A stretch of 64,000 nucleotides of DNA from Octopus vulgaris (lineage: Eukaryota). A program made the translations under genes and the position numbers. Below the pieces are notes generated by a model. The model was not told the origin of the DNA and did no database searches. It saw only the letters and a program-made list of their open reading frames with translations. Positions 26,500 through 39,699 of this stretch are shown here, in pieces (within the stretch, counting starts at the first letter, position 1; each line of letters begins with the position of its first letter). The stretch covers positions 142,290,001 through 142,354,000 of the forward strand of contig OX597815.1 of NCBI GenBank assembly GCA_951406725.2, in the 5' to 3' direction.

Positions 26500-27394
26500 A
26501 GTTATATTGTCTCAATGCCTTATTATCTAACTCACTCACCGTTTCCATTCCCACTCATTATTTGTATTTGTCTTCCCAATTTTCAATTTTATTAATGGAT
26601 TTTGACTCTAACCGTTATTAGAGCGGCGTTCTCTTTTATCTGATTGTCCGCATGCGTGTGGGTCAGCGTACATGTGTGCTGGTGTATGCGCATATGTAGT
26701 ATGTATGTATACATGCATGCGTGTATTCATGTGTGCGTGTTTGTGTGCTGGTATATATGTATGTATTTGTATCTGTACTTCCGAGAACTTCTGTATGTGT
26801 ATTTGAGTGTGTCTATATGTATGGGCTTTTTTGTGACTATGTATTTGCCTCTGTTATGTATGGGTGTGTATATCCATATGTGTCTTTGGAGTGTGTGGAC
26901 TATACACACACATATACACTCCACACACACGCATACACACAAGCACACATATGAACATACACATTTATATGTAACAGACTTACGTACATAGTCACACAAA
27001 CCCATGGACATAGACAAGCGCGCACTCACAAGGAGACAGATGTACACGCACGATTACAGACACACGTATACATACAAAGACACAAAAACGTATATACAAA
27101 CATATGAATATGCAGAATACATACATACATCCATGCATACAGACATACACACATAAATACATGCATACAGACATACATGCATAAATACATATATATGTGC
27201 ATAAACAAGCACAAGTTTACGCTGACGCACACGCATGCGTACAAATAGACGAAAAACGACGCAGCGCCACTAACACATAGAGTCAAAATCCATTGATAAA
27301 ATTGCAGAATTTTGGAAGGACAAATATATATAAATGATTGGAAATCGAACCGGTGAGTGTGTTAGATAAGGCATGAAGACATATATAGACAACG
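26500..27394. repeat. Large fold-back element with TG-rich / CA-rich inner arms, cut by an assembly gap
   Basis: Examples: aattttattaatggattttgactcta vs tagagtcaaaatccattgataaaatt, and cgcatgcgtgtgggtcagcgta vs tacgctgacgcacacgcatgcg. Centre at about 26900-26960. Confidence 0.8.
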
Positions 27395-27494
27395 NNNNNN
27401 NNNNNNNNNNNNNNNNNNNNNNNNNNNNNNNNNNNNNNNNNNNNNNNNNNNNNNNNNNNNNNNNNNNNNNNNNNNNNNNNNNNNNNNNNNNNNN
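27395..27494. other. Assembly gap (100 N)
   Basis: Run of N. Confidence 1.
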
Positions 27495-28927
27495 AGTAGT
27501 AGTTTATGAATTTTCATGAATAATTGTTTTATAACTGTTTTGAATTTTAAAAGTGTCAATTGAAAAAGGATAGTCATTTTCTTAGATGCACGATAAGTAA
27601 TATTTGCGTAACACTGCAAAAGTAGTTTGTAATCAACATAATAAACTAGCAGATGGATTTAGAATTACAAATCGACATCTTGCCGAGCGTTTATCACAAC
27701 TAAAAAAAAAAATATGTGCCATGTAGAAAGAAAATGCTGTTATCTGTGTGTATCATTCCCTTAGACCATCGCTGTATTAGATTCCTGTAACAATTGATAT
27801 CCAGGAAAAATAAAATCATATATGCGATTATTTTATCTGTAAAATTCTAATCCACTTATGCAGATTAAGATCATCTATTTCGAAAATAGATATCATCTTT
27901 CTTCCTGTTTTCTTTGCAATAAAACTGTAAGAGAAGATCAGATGTTTAGTTGCAAATACGAGAAAACACTTTTTTTCTTAATACAATAAACATTTGTTTT
28001 ACCTCATTACAAACAATGTTCTGTTTAAACAATTTCACAAGTCTTGCTTGAAAACTACGGCATATTTGCAACGTAAATATGAACGGAAAGTAATTTACCT
28101 CCGTATGTAGTAGGTGATTATCTTTCTATCTTTACATATAATAGTTCAATTATGAGACCCTCCCAAAAGAAGATATGAAAGTTTTGTATTGAAATCTCAA
28201 TATTTTCCATGAAAAGAAAAAAAACAAAAAACAAATACACTGAGAAGTAGATTTCATAGCACGAATCCAATGCACTCTCAATAGCGTAATGCAAAGTGTG
28301 CCAATAATATTATATTCAAAAGCATTCAAGAATTATTAATTCATTTGTTTTGTTCATCGTATTAATGAACTAACATTGTTCTCCACATTATCTAAAATAA
28401 TAGCACTAATTCCCTGATATTGAATCAAAATAACAGATCGATAAGCTTTTTTTTTAAGAATAATTCCCAATAAGCTAAGAAAAATTCTATGTTATAATTG
28501 CATAGTTTTTCTGGGGCCGTATTTATTCGCATTTTGATAACTGTGCAGAATTGGTTTATTGAATTATGCTAAAAACTATTGAATATCTACTGAACTGCAT
28601 GAGTAGGGCAAATGAAATATGTGAAGAGAAACACATATATACACCATACGAAAGATAGACATATATGCAAACATTACACAAAGACATATGCATATGGATA
28701 TACACACGTATACAGACATATTATGTCTCACACACACACGAGCACACTCACACAGACGCACAAACATATATATAATATTTATTTAAAAGGGCACAATACA
28801 CATGGCTTTAAATGCTATTAATCGATAAATTTTAAAGAATAACTCCCCAAAAACTAAGGAAAAATTGCCAGGCATAATTGCATACTATTTCTGAATTCTT
28901 CCTAAATTCTCTATCACGGAAGAGTAC

Positions 28928-28977
<50 letters not shown>

Positions 28978-29019
28978 CATATATATATATACATATATAT
29001 ATATATATTCATACATAAT

Positions 29020-29062
<43 letters not shown>

Positions 29063-29066
<4 letters not shown>

Positions 29067-30108
29067 CAGTATTTAAGGAAGCTGACAAATACAAACAAGA
29101 AATCATACCACCTAATAAACACGAAGAAGAAGAAGAAGATGATGAAGAAACAACAAAAGCTATAAAACAAATGAAATCCAAACTAAAAATAGAACAGCAA
29201 CGAACCATGATAAAACGATGGCAAGAAAAGCCCCTTCATGGTAAATACTGCACTAAACTAAACGCAAAAGAAATAGACAAACAAAAATCCCAGCAATGGT
29301 TGAGAAGCTGAGGACTCAAAGCAGAAACAGAGGGATTTTTAATTGCAGCACAAGACCAAAGCCTCCCCACCAGAAATTACCAAAAACATGTAATGAAAAG
29401 AAATATTACAAGTAACTGCAGAATATGTGGAGATGGACAAGAAACAATAAATCATATTATCTCTAGCTGCCCAGTCCTGGCTAAGAAGGAATATATTCAC
29501 AGACATGACAGAGTTGGAACCTACATACATTGGAAGCTATGCCAACATTATGGAATAACATCAGAAAAAAGATGGTATAGGCACACACCAGAAAAGGTCA
29601 CAGAAAACGAGAAAGCAACCATACTCTGCGATATGCCGATACACACAGATAGAGAAATTAAGGCCAACAGACCAGATATAGTTGTCAGAGATCATGAAGA
29701 AAAAAAATGCTTTCTAATTGATGTATCAATACCGGCAGATGACAACGTGTCTCTAAAAGAAATGGAGAAACTCTCAAAATACAAAGACCTGGAAATAGAG
29801 GTAACTAGAATGTGGAATCTGAAAACAGAAACAATTCCTATCATAGTAGGTGCATTAGGCATGATAAAAAAATATTCAGACAAATACATAACAAAAACAC
29901 CAGGACTTACAAACACATATAACATACAGAAAATTGCACTACTAGGCACTGCACACATCCTGCGCAGAACACTTTCCATACAATAACCATCAGAGCATCA
30001 CAACAAATCACAGCACATACCCAAGGCACACAGAGCTCCGCTCGGTAGTGAAGTGAAAGCACGCTATAAAAATAAAACTACTGAATAATAATAATAATAA
30101 TAATAATG
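29063..30108 (+). mobile_element. R4/Dong-type LINE (family B) 3' part
   Basis: [66 protein letters not shown]. The 3' UTR ends in (TAA)n at about 30085-30108. Confidence 0.95.
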
Positions 30109-30199
30109 ATTTGTCGGTGACCCCTAATTTGAGCACCATTTTCATCTACCAGGTTACTCAGGTAGTAACACTCCATGACCACAGCATTAATTGCCGAAT

Positions 30200-30640
30200 G
30201 TGGTGGTCCCTTTCTGGATATTGACAGGCTGGAGCCGGACCAGAATCCCTGAGCCAACTATTGTTGGGTACTTGCGAACAGTATCAGAAGGCATCAAGAG
30301 GTATATAGAGAAACTTGGAATAAAGTGCCCAGTAGAACTATTACAAAAGGTTTTCTCATTGGTGCAGACAGAATGATCAGGGAAATAGGTTGCAAGTAGT
30401 AAGGTCGCTACGCATGAAAGACTCCAGGAGCTAAAAAAAACCCTGGGATTAAGAGATATTATTATTATCATTATTATTATGTAGTGAGGGAGCAGTGAAT
30501 GCCATCGAAGTGAAACTGGGGTAAAATATACGAAGCTCAGTACACCCATCATGACTACCCGTCTGATAGGGTACCCCAAGCACATGCATCACGACCTTAT
30601 GTGCGCGACATGATGATCTCGAATCAAATCAAGATAAGCA
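30200..30640 (+). mobile_element. Third R4/Dong-like 3' remnant plus an adjoining repeat
   Basis: PTIVGYLRTVSEGIKRYIEKLGIKCPVELLQK resembles the P(I/V)IVGALG..LQK end of the RLE ORF. Confidence 0.5.
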
Positions 30641-30647
30641 GCGCATG

Positions 30648-30658
30648 ATTATTGTTAC

Positions 30659-30742
<84 letters not shown>

Positions 30743-30851
30743 CGTAGTCGTCGTCGTCGTTGTTGTTGTTGTTGTTGTTTTTGCTGCTGTTGCTGCTGCT
30801 GTTGTTGTTATTATTATTATTATTATTATTAATGATAATAATAATAATAAT
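30648..30851. repeat. Compound trinucleotide microsatellite (TTA/TTG/TCG/CTG/TAA)
   Basis: Direct inspection. Confidence 0.95.
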
Positions 30852-30854
30852 CCC

Positions 30855-31700
30855 AATGGCAAATACCCAAATAGAACTAATAGTGCCGATATTGACAAAG
30901 CTCAATGGTTAATGTCTTCTGGCTTAAAATCAGAAACAGAAGGGTCTATCATTGCAGCCCAACATCAGTGTCTACCTACAAGGAACTACCAGGCCAACCT
31001 ATTAGAGAATGGCAGTAGCCCAACATGCCGTGTATCTAAAAACAAAATGAAAGCAGTGATCCTGTTGTCTACATGTGCAATCTTCTTGCACCTACAGAGT
31101 ATCTCAACAGCCATGATAGAGCAGCACAATATATTCACTGGGTAATTTGCAAAAATCTGGACCTGCCTCATGATAAAAACTGTTGGGAACAGAAATCACT
31201 TCCAGTGCTTGACACAGGTTACATCTCACTCCTCTGGAACTGCCCCATTCAAACTGACAGAAAGATAGATGCGAATAGGCCAGGCATTATATGGAAAAAC
31301 TTCAGGCAACAATCATACCTTCTCATTGATATGACTGTCCCAGTCGACATAAATGTATCTGTCAAGACCTACAGAAAACTGAGCAAGTGTAAAACCTTGA
31401 AATAGAAATAGGCAAAATGGCGAACCTCAAGACTAAAACAATACCTGTGTCACAGTTGTCCTAGGAATGTTAGCGAAAGAGGCTGATTTCTACCTAGCTT
31501 AGAAACCAGGATAGACCAAAATGGCAGAAATTCAAAAGACAGTGGTAATGGGAACTTCCCATATACAGCGTAAAATACTATCTATGTAATCTCTAATTTT
31601 GAAACAAACTCATAATTTATTTATATTTTCCTAAACATTCTCTAGAACAATACTATGTGCAAAACAAAATATACATCTTAGACATAACACCAGCATATTG
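30855..31700 (+). mobile_element. R4/Dong family A, older 5'-truncated copy
   Basis: Colinear with 6568-7430 (atggcaaataccca.., tctggcttaaaatc.., gatgcgaataggcca.., ctatgtaatctc), with many lesions. Preceded by (TAA)n. Confidence 0.9.
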
Positions 31701-32214
31701 TAAATACTCAGCAATATGAACAAAACACACAACATGTGCGATAGATGGCCAACACCCAACAGAACATAACCTGCGCTGCACAAATAACACACAATACAAA
31801 AACTAATACAACAGAAGACTCAAACCAAACCCCATAACAAAACATAGTGATACAATACAATATCCGTCCCCTCCCAAAAATGCAGTACGAACCACCCCAC
31901 CAGGACAAGGTTGAAACAAATGATCGAATAGAATGTTGCTTGAAACATTCAGATGTCGAAAAATAATGATGGTGATGACGCTGATGATACATGCAAATAT
32001 TTACATATTTTATATATGAAATCATAAACGTAAAAGATAAGGAAATATTTTTTTAGAAGTAAATGGGTATTTTAAGTTAAAAATCATCAGTATCATTCTA
32101 CAAATAGGGCAGACAAAACAGATAATGTTAGAACAACAGAGTTAGAAATATTATGATTTGGATTTCCTGCGGTGTTCTTGATCTGGTTGATAACAGTAAA
32201 GTGTCCAGCAGTAG

Positions 32215-32755
32215 TCAGCTAGCATACTGCCACTCCAGAAGCCTTGGTGCCGTTCCTCCATAGAACTAATGTAGAACCACATTTCTCTGCCGAAAATAAC
32301 TTATACGAACACAGTGCTCTAGCAGATCCTTCTCCTTCAGTCTTGATGCCTAGAGTTTTGAGAAGGACAGGTCTTTGACAAGGTCATTCAGTTCAGCTTG
32401 GGAAAATTTCTGAGGGAGGGTCAAACCTATCGTCATCAGTCATATAATATTCCCCGCAGCACTATCATGACAGTCATCATAATCATCTGATGTTTCAATA
32501 TCATTATCTGGCTCCCTCCGTATCATTGGAATGGCAAAAGTCATGGACTTTTTTTTCTTATTGAACCAGTTACGTAAGCCCTTTTAGCAAGCTGAGCAGA
32601 TAGACTGTGGTACCCATAACTTTTCCTGTTCTCCAAGAGGACAGTCAAAGTATAGCTAATACATCTAGATCTCTGGTGCTATTGAACATTTTTGCGATTT
32701 CACAATAAATTATCCACAGACATAACAAAATTCATTCTCCACCGTCTTGACATTG
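32215..32755 (-). mobile_element. Decayed, internally deleted DNA-transposon-like ORF (Cys-rich N-terminus)
   Basis: FCYVCG...LYFDCPLGEQEKLWVPQSICSAC*KGLRNW..SMTFAIPMIRREP and FSQAELNDLVKDL..ASRLKEKDLL are motifs of a widespread invertebrate transposase-like family. Superfamily not assigned with certainty. Confidence 0.65.
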
Positions 32756-33417
32756 TCAACACTGTAAAACAAATTAAGGAAATAGCTACAAAGGCTTGTA
32801 CTTATATTGAATCTGAGATGATGAAATATTTCATCTGACCAGTTGTGACATGGACAATTTGAGATGTTGAAATACCTATTTCACCAGACAAAAATAATCT
32901 TGATTGGTTAATATAAGATGATGAAATATTGCATCTTAACTATGCAGCAAGGAAGTTTATTTGAAAGAAATGTTTCCATGATGCAAATGAAATACATGCA
33001 TACACGACATTAATTGGAATTTCTACATAATGCATGAGCTAAAACAGAAAAACTTTCTCATCTTCAAAGCTGTACGTGATGTTAAAAACCTAATTGTGTA
33101 TTCTAAATAAGCATTAAAATTTACACCTTGACATATGCTTGATGAAAAATACTTGTTAAGCAGTGTAATTGACTTTACGGTCCCAAATGAGAGAAAAAAA
33201 CCCATTAATATGAGAAGTATAGAAACATAGTAAAGTACCAGGACCTGGCTACTGAATCACAAAGACTATGGAATGTGGGATAGAGGAAACAGGTATAAAA
33301 CCCAGTTTAGTACATCTTCAGAAAACTGTTATTAGGGACAGCTAGGATGCATAAGAGGGTCTGTAGCCTGATGTTAAGATTTTTTTCCAACAATCTAATC
33401 TGTTGAGTGTATATGAA

Positions 33418-33433
33418 AATAATAATAATAATG

Positions 33434-33525
<92 letters not shown>

Positions 33526-33541
33526 AATGATAATAATAACG

Positions 33542-33630
<89 letters not shown>

Positions 33631-33663
33631 AAGAAGAAGAAGAAGAAGAAGAAGAAGAAGAAG
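33418..33663. repeat. Compound microsatellite (AAT)n(GAT)n(AAT)n(AAG)n
   Basis: Direct inspection. Confidence 0.95.
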
Positions 33664-35119
33664 ATACGCCGGGGGACGTTTAAGATGTAAGAACGATAAA
33701 ACAGAGCTCTGAAATCTATCCACCAACATCGAAAACAAGGACATCGTATGTAGCCAAAGATTTACTAACAAAGGATTGGACTGTACCCGAGTAAGTAATA
33801 CTCATTGAAATTTATTACTATTTTCGAGACGAAATTATGTATTTTGACTCGATATCATCTCCACCTCTAACACAACACATGTAAACATGCGTGGAACATT
33901 ACGATCCATCAACGCCAGATCATCCCCGACCTCAAACACCATGTACAAAAAAACTACGAATAAATTAAATACAACCGATATTATTCAACCCAAGAATAAC
34001 AATCGGGAGGTACGTACTTTAAACTAACAACACAAAATGTACGAAAAACTACACGTGCAAAACAATGTGACAACAGAAATGAATGGACCGGTACCCTACG
34101 AAAATGACGACCGTCAAAATAATGGGCCGGGCGTTGTTCCTCATGTCCCGCAAATAAAACCCAAAAGACATAAACGGACACGTGAGGAATACATTTCTAT
34201 CCTACACGCATACTTCACAGCAGTGCTCTACCCCAAAACTGAAAACACCACAACACATACATATAAAATATGGAAGAAAAATAACATAAATATAGACTTG
34301 GATACAGCAATGAACCCTAAAAACTAGCTAACGTACGAAGATATATTATCAACGCAAAAAAAAAATATCAGAAATAGAAATAGAACATCTAAAAGAAAAA
34401 ATACACCAGGAAAATGTAGATAGAAGCCACACAACAATGTCCAATAATATAAACACTGAAACAGTAAAACACGAAGACAAACGTAACATTCCCAACAAAG
34501 ACGATGTAAACAAAGAACAAAAGACCCAGACCGTAAGGATGCATAAAAATACACGACAAACAGCAAGCCAAAACACGGCTAACAAACATATAAATAAGAA
34601 AGAAAGCGACACAAATCGAAAACCTGGAAACAACGAAGGGGAGCCTAATGATTATGATAATATAAAAAGTAAAATAATCAAAGAACTGAAAACCACAGAG
34701 CTCAAAATGGACCACCGACCATACCCCACAAAAATCAAAATAGACGAAACCACAACAATTATAAACAGCATACACCTAGCCGTCACGGAACAATAACCTG
34801 TCTCCCTACTATGTACAAGGCATTTACTGCAGTGATATCGCAAAGGTTGAACAAGCACCTGGACGAAAACATCCTGTTTCCAGAAGAGCAGAAAGGATGC
34901 CGCAAAGGCTCATATGGCTGTAAAGATCAACTAATGATTAATAAAGCCATAACTGAAGCCAGCCACAGAAAGAAGAAAGGCCTCAATATGGCCTGGATCG
35001 ACTACAAAAAGGCGTTTGATAACACCCCCCACACATGGCTCCTCGAAACACTAGCCATAAACAAAGTAGCACCAACAATCATAAAATACATAGTGGACTC
35101 TATGAATAAATGGCAAACA

Positions 35120-35120
<1 letters not shown>
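33664..35120 (+). mobile_element. R4/Dong-type LINE 5' part with internal deletion, 3'-truncated at (TA)n
   Basis: Putative 5' UTR, then N-terminal KRHKRTREEYISILHAYF..YKIWK. The sequence jumps at about 34793 to ITCLPTMYK..EEQKGCRKGSYGCKDQL..WIDYKKAFD and stops at (TA)n 35121. Confidence 0.85.
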
Positions 35121-35179
<59 letters not shown>

Positions 35180-35400
35180 TCAATATAGGGTGGCAAAAAA
35201 AATTTTGTAGAATTCTTTTGCCTCCAGCGGCCTAGTGGGAAAAAATTAAATAGTCATAAACCATTTTTACGTTCAACATCACAATCAAGGAACGGCCATA
35301 ATAGGCCATTCACCCACTAGAAATAACAGCCAAAAGCTTTAACCGCAAAATAAAATTAATACCGTAAACCAGGAGAAAATTGAAAAACTTTTACCCTGTA

Positions 35401-35507
35401 ATTTCTTAGACGATGCACCGTTTCATCTACCGTTTAATGGTAAACTAACCTGATTAAATTAAATCAAGCCAATCCACCATAGGCCCTTAGACTCATCAGT
35501 AAGAAAT
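35401..35507 (-). ncRNA. Type I hammerhead ribozyme, family 1 copy 1
   Basis: Minus strand: AUUUCUUA CUGAUGA GUCUA..(long hairpin)..UAGAU GAAA CGGUGCAUCG UC/ UAAGAAAU. It has an 8-bp helix I, a complete core and a GUC site. Confidence 0.88.
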
Positions 35508-35891
35508 AGCCAAGTCGGAACAGATATTTTTCACGAGGCATTCCTCTTGCTACCTCGGCAATATCTGACCTAAAATTTTCAAATCGTCGCACTCGCGCCA
35601 AATTTATCGGCAGCAAATAAATATAAGCCACCGATTCCATTACGGAACTAACCAGAAAATTCATAATTAATCAATATAGGGTGGCAAAAAAAATTTTGTA
35701 GAATTCTTTTGCCTCCAGCGGCCCAGTGGGAAAAAATTAAATAGTCATAAACCATTTTTACGTTCAACATCACAATCAAGGAACGGCCATAATAGGCCAT
35801 TCACCCACTAGAAATAACAGCCAAAAGCTTTAACCGCAAAATAACATTAATACCGTAAACCAGGAGAAAATTGAAAAACTTTTACCCTGTA

Positions 35892-35998
35892 ATTTCTTAG
35901 ACGATGCACCGTTTCATCTACCGTTTAATGGTAAACTAACCTGATTAAATTAAATCAAGCCAATCCACCATAGGCCCTTAGACTCATCAGTAAGAAAT
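35892..35998 (-). ncRNA. Type I hammerhead ribozyme, family 1 copy 2
   Basis: Same sequence as 35401-35507, 491 bp away. Confidence 0.88.
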
Positions 35999-36204
35999 AG
36001 CCAAGTCGGAACAGATATTTTTCACGACGCATTCCTCTTGCTACCTCGGCAATATCTGACCTAAAATTTTCAAATCGTCGCACTCGCGCCAAATTTATCG
36101 ACAGCAAATAAATATAAGCCACCGATTCCATTACGGAACATAACCAGAAAATTCATAATTAATCAATATAAGGGTATATATATATATATATATATAGGGT
36201 GGCA

Positions 36205-36258
<54 letters not shown>

Positions 36259-36265
36259 AATAAAC

Positions 36266-36602
36266 GTGAAGACGCATGGCTCAGTGGTTAGAGCGTCGAG
36301 CTTACTATCGTGAGGTTGTGAGTTCGAATCCCGGACCGGGCTGCGTGTTGTGTTCTTGAGCAAGACACTTTATTTCACGTTGCTCCAGTTCACTCAGCTG
36401 TAGAAATGAGTTGCGACATCACAGGTGCTAGGCTGTATCGGCTGCTGCCTTTCCCTTAGATAACACTGGTGGCATGGAGAGGGGAGGCCGGTATGCATGG
36501 GCGACTGCTGGTCTTCCATAAACAATCTTGCCCAATACTTGTGCCTGGGAGGGTAACTTCATAAGTGCAAGCCCACGGTCAGTCATGACTGAAGGGGGTC
36601 TC
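36266..36602 (+). mobile_element. tRNA-derived SINE (CORE-SINE-like)
   Basis: A box TGGCTCAGTGG and B box GTTCGAATCC, then tgtgttcttgagcaagacacttta..cactcagctgtagaaatgag. Related copies at 54645 and 59815. Confidence 0.85.
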
Positions 36603-37632
36603 AATATATATAAACACACACACGCATGTGTGTATGTTTACGTCAATGTGCTATTGTTTGTGAGTCTAAACAAATGAAAATGAAAGTGTGTTGACGTGTT
36701 ATATTAGCACGTGCAAGGCGCTATCATTAGCCTCCAGCGATGCGTCATTAAGCAAAAGCACTGTACACTACCCCGATGTCCTTCAGCATAGCCACTCTCT
36801 CCAGAAAATCAAATTTCCAGACGTTAAAAATAATAGCCATCAAGAAAATGTATGTAACTTACCTTTTATAAGTTATAAAATGCACGTCAAGTCCCTAACA
36901 ATTATTTGAAAGGAACACCTTAGGAAATGGTGCTACGAGTTCATAGTAAGGAATGCTTTTCATGGCTATCTGTTATGTATGAATGGGATCGTGGTTATAT
37001 CATTGATAGTCTACACAAGCTGTGTAATGACTTACTATGTTGTAGTGATGGATTTACAATAAAAACTAACTTTTTAGTTTCTGGGTGTATTTTTTCAGTG
37101 GTGTGTTCTCTGGTGATAAGTTCAGTATCTTTATATAATGGATTCATTTGGAAATAATCGTCAATTGTGAACATCTTTTCCCCAGAAAAGTCTTATTGTT
37201 AGTCCTATCTAACTGATGTTACACTCTATCCGAGGGGGAGTTCGGTCTTCAAAGATATTTTCGGTATATACCATGATGAAGTTTTGCAGTTGATATGGAG
37301 AAAGATATGTGGTATGTGCAGAAAGAAGGAGAAAACATGTGAGATTTCCTTAAATTCACGGTGATTGCGGGAGATTGCGTGCAGATAAGGCGAAAACGTC
37401 TATATGAACTTCTGCTTTCGTTTCCAAATTTCTCACCAATTTAGAAATAGTCTTTCACTAACATACAAACATGTTATTCATTAGAATTTGGGCATCAGAA
37501 TTTACTCATGTATCCACTCATAGACGCAATTATTTATGCATATATATTTGTGAATGTATGTATATTTATATATATATGTAAACCAAGACAAAAATGGAAC
37601 AAGAACCTAACAGCCGACAACAAAACATCCGG

Positions 37633-37682
<50 letters not shown>

Positions 37683-39699
37683 TTACATTATTTTCATTTG
37701 ACCGATGTTTGTCCTCATCTTGTCTCATCTATTTCTAAGTAGTTGAATGATTTCACATTCTTTCTCAATTATAACAATGTAATTCTAGATCAGAAATTTC
37801 CAATAAATGCGAGCAAATGGACAAATTTGATTTTGCGAACTGAAAGATATTACTCTGTCCGGATCATTCTACAATACGGAGTTGTTTTTAGATTTATGGC
37901 TTCTATATAATTAATTTTCTCTCCCCATCGTTTTTAGTCACATTCCACGTTTTGCATCATTATTCACGTTTCTTCTCGTTATTTCTTATGCACCAGCGTC
38001 TTGATTTTTAAATAGAACAGACCATGTGCTCAGACTTCACATAGAAGCCTCCTTCGATGTGACTTTTCACTACAAAACACTTTTTGTAGCTCATATCGTC
38101 ATATTGTGTTCAATAAATGTTATTATCTCTCACTGGATGGAGCTCATATTTGTTGATCTTACAAAACAGTAAACAACACATACATACACACACATGCATA
38201 CACACACAGTCATTATGCCATCTACCACTTTAAAACTTCGAATGCATATTTTCCTACAGGATTAGGTTTTCAACATCTATGGTATGGGCAACACCCTCCG
38301 TTTGACTGCACAGGGTTAGAATGTGTTTTTGGCTCTAAATAGATTGTTTGCATGTCTATCCTCTCTGTATATCGAAATAATTACGTTAATATTTCTTATT
38401 CCAATATTACAACAAATATGCCCTTACCAGTCCGAGCTAATATCCTTGTTGCTGTTCCAAGATATAGTATCTTTATTGTGCTCCTGTTACTGTGAAACTT
38501 CCTTGAAACAAAATCCCCCACGCGGGAATACTCTCTGACCAACTCCATTCAAAAAGGCATGATCTTTCTTGCTTCATGTCCGAAAACATTTTTACATAGA
38601 GGCACCTAGACGTATGGTAATTTAGATATTGTAAAAATGATAATCAGTGTTAAGCCTCTGTTTCTTTATTTTTTTAAACAAATGCTGTACATAATTCTTC
38701 ATATAAAAGGTTCTGGTTTGGATAATGCTTTGCCGATATAACACTAATAAACAGCATCGCATCGTGCACCCAATGACGTTGCTCACATGTAAACTTGATA
38801 ACATGAACAATCAAGAAGATGTATGCTATTAATTAATTATATCGGAGAATTCTGAATACCGTAGTTTTCTCTTATAATATCAAATTCCTTCGTTATGCTT
38901 TCCCTGTTACAAGGTTTTCCATTTCAAGTATTTCCACCCACCGCTACGTATTGTAGTATTCCTTATAAGATAACAGAGAAATCGTTACATCTTCAATAAA
39001 AATATATTCCTAGGTGGCTCTGTAGTTAATCCTTGCTTTCCAATTGCGTAGTAACAATTTATCCTGAACAAACTCTATACTTATTCCTTTTGAGTATATC
39101 GTAAACAGATCAAGGGACTTCATACGTCTATTCATTTACTTATTAACTTATTTACATATTATTTCACGTCGTTCAATTGCTGGAATTTGTTGGGATAGCT
39201 TTGCTGTTTTCTAGTAACGCTATTACATAAGCTTTCTAGTCTCCCGGACAACAATGTCAAAGATTTTGATGAATGTATAAACAGCATAACAATATTTCGC
39301 CTGGAAATATATTTATGTGGTCCTGTAGCATTTCTGTAAAATAGGACCTTCAGGAAAGTGAGCCTAGAAGAAGCCAGGTTGATTATAAGATCTGGCAGTC
39401 TAGCAGTTCATTACGATTTAGCCTCGACGAATGGAGAAAATATTCGGATACTTTCTGAATAAAATAAAATTTCTCATACATTTCCGTAGCTTTTCCCCAA
39501 ATTCCTTTTACCCAGCTACTTGTTAAGCAGTTATGATATATTTCCTGTCACATACATCCAGAAGGAAAACGGTCCGAAAAACTAAATAAATGTTTACATT
39601 GAATTCTGGTGTACGCCTGGCCGCTATTTATTCAAATATGCAAATGACATTCTTTCGGAGTTTTATATGATTTCAGCAACTTCGTATATATACGCTCGG

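Larger units (their letters stand above)
35172..36175 (-). mobile_element. Tandem 491/492-bp non-coding repeat (retrozyme / Penelope pseudo-LTR family 1)
   Basis: Units start at 35172, 35663 and 36155 (partial) and differ at only a few positions. Flanked by (TA)n on both sides, with one hammerhead per unit. Confidence 0.85.

Noticed and set aside
33664-33810. Possible HDV-like ribozyme at the R4/Dong 5' end
   Set aside because: Known for some R2/R4/RTE elements, but I could not build the nested double pseudoknot by eye. It needs a descriptor search.
36266-36345. tRNA-like sequence with A and B boxes
   Set aside because: It continues into a SINE body and recurs in degraded form, so it is a SINE head rather than a tRNA gene.
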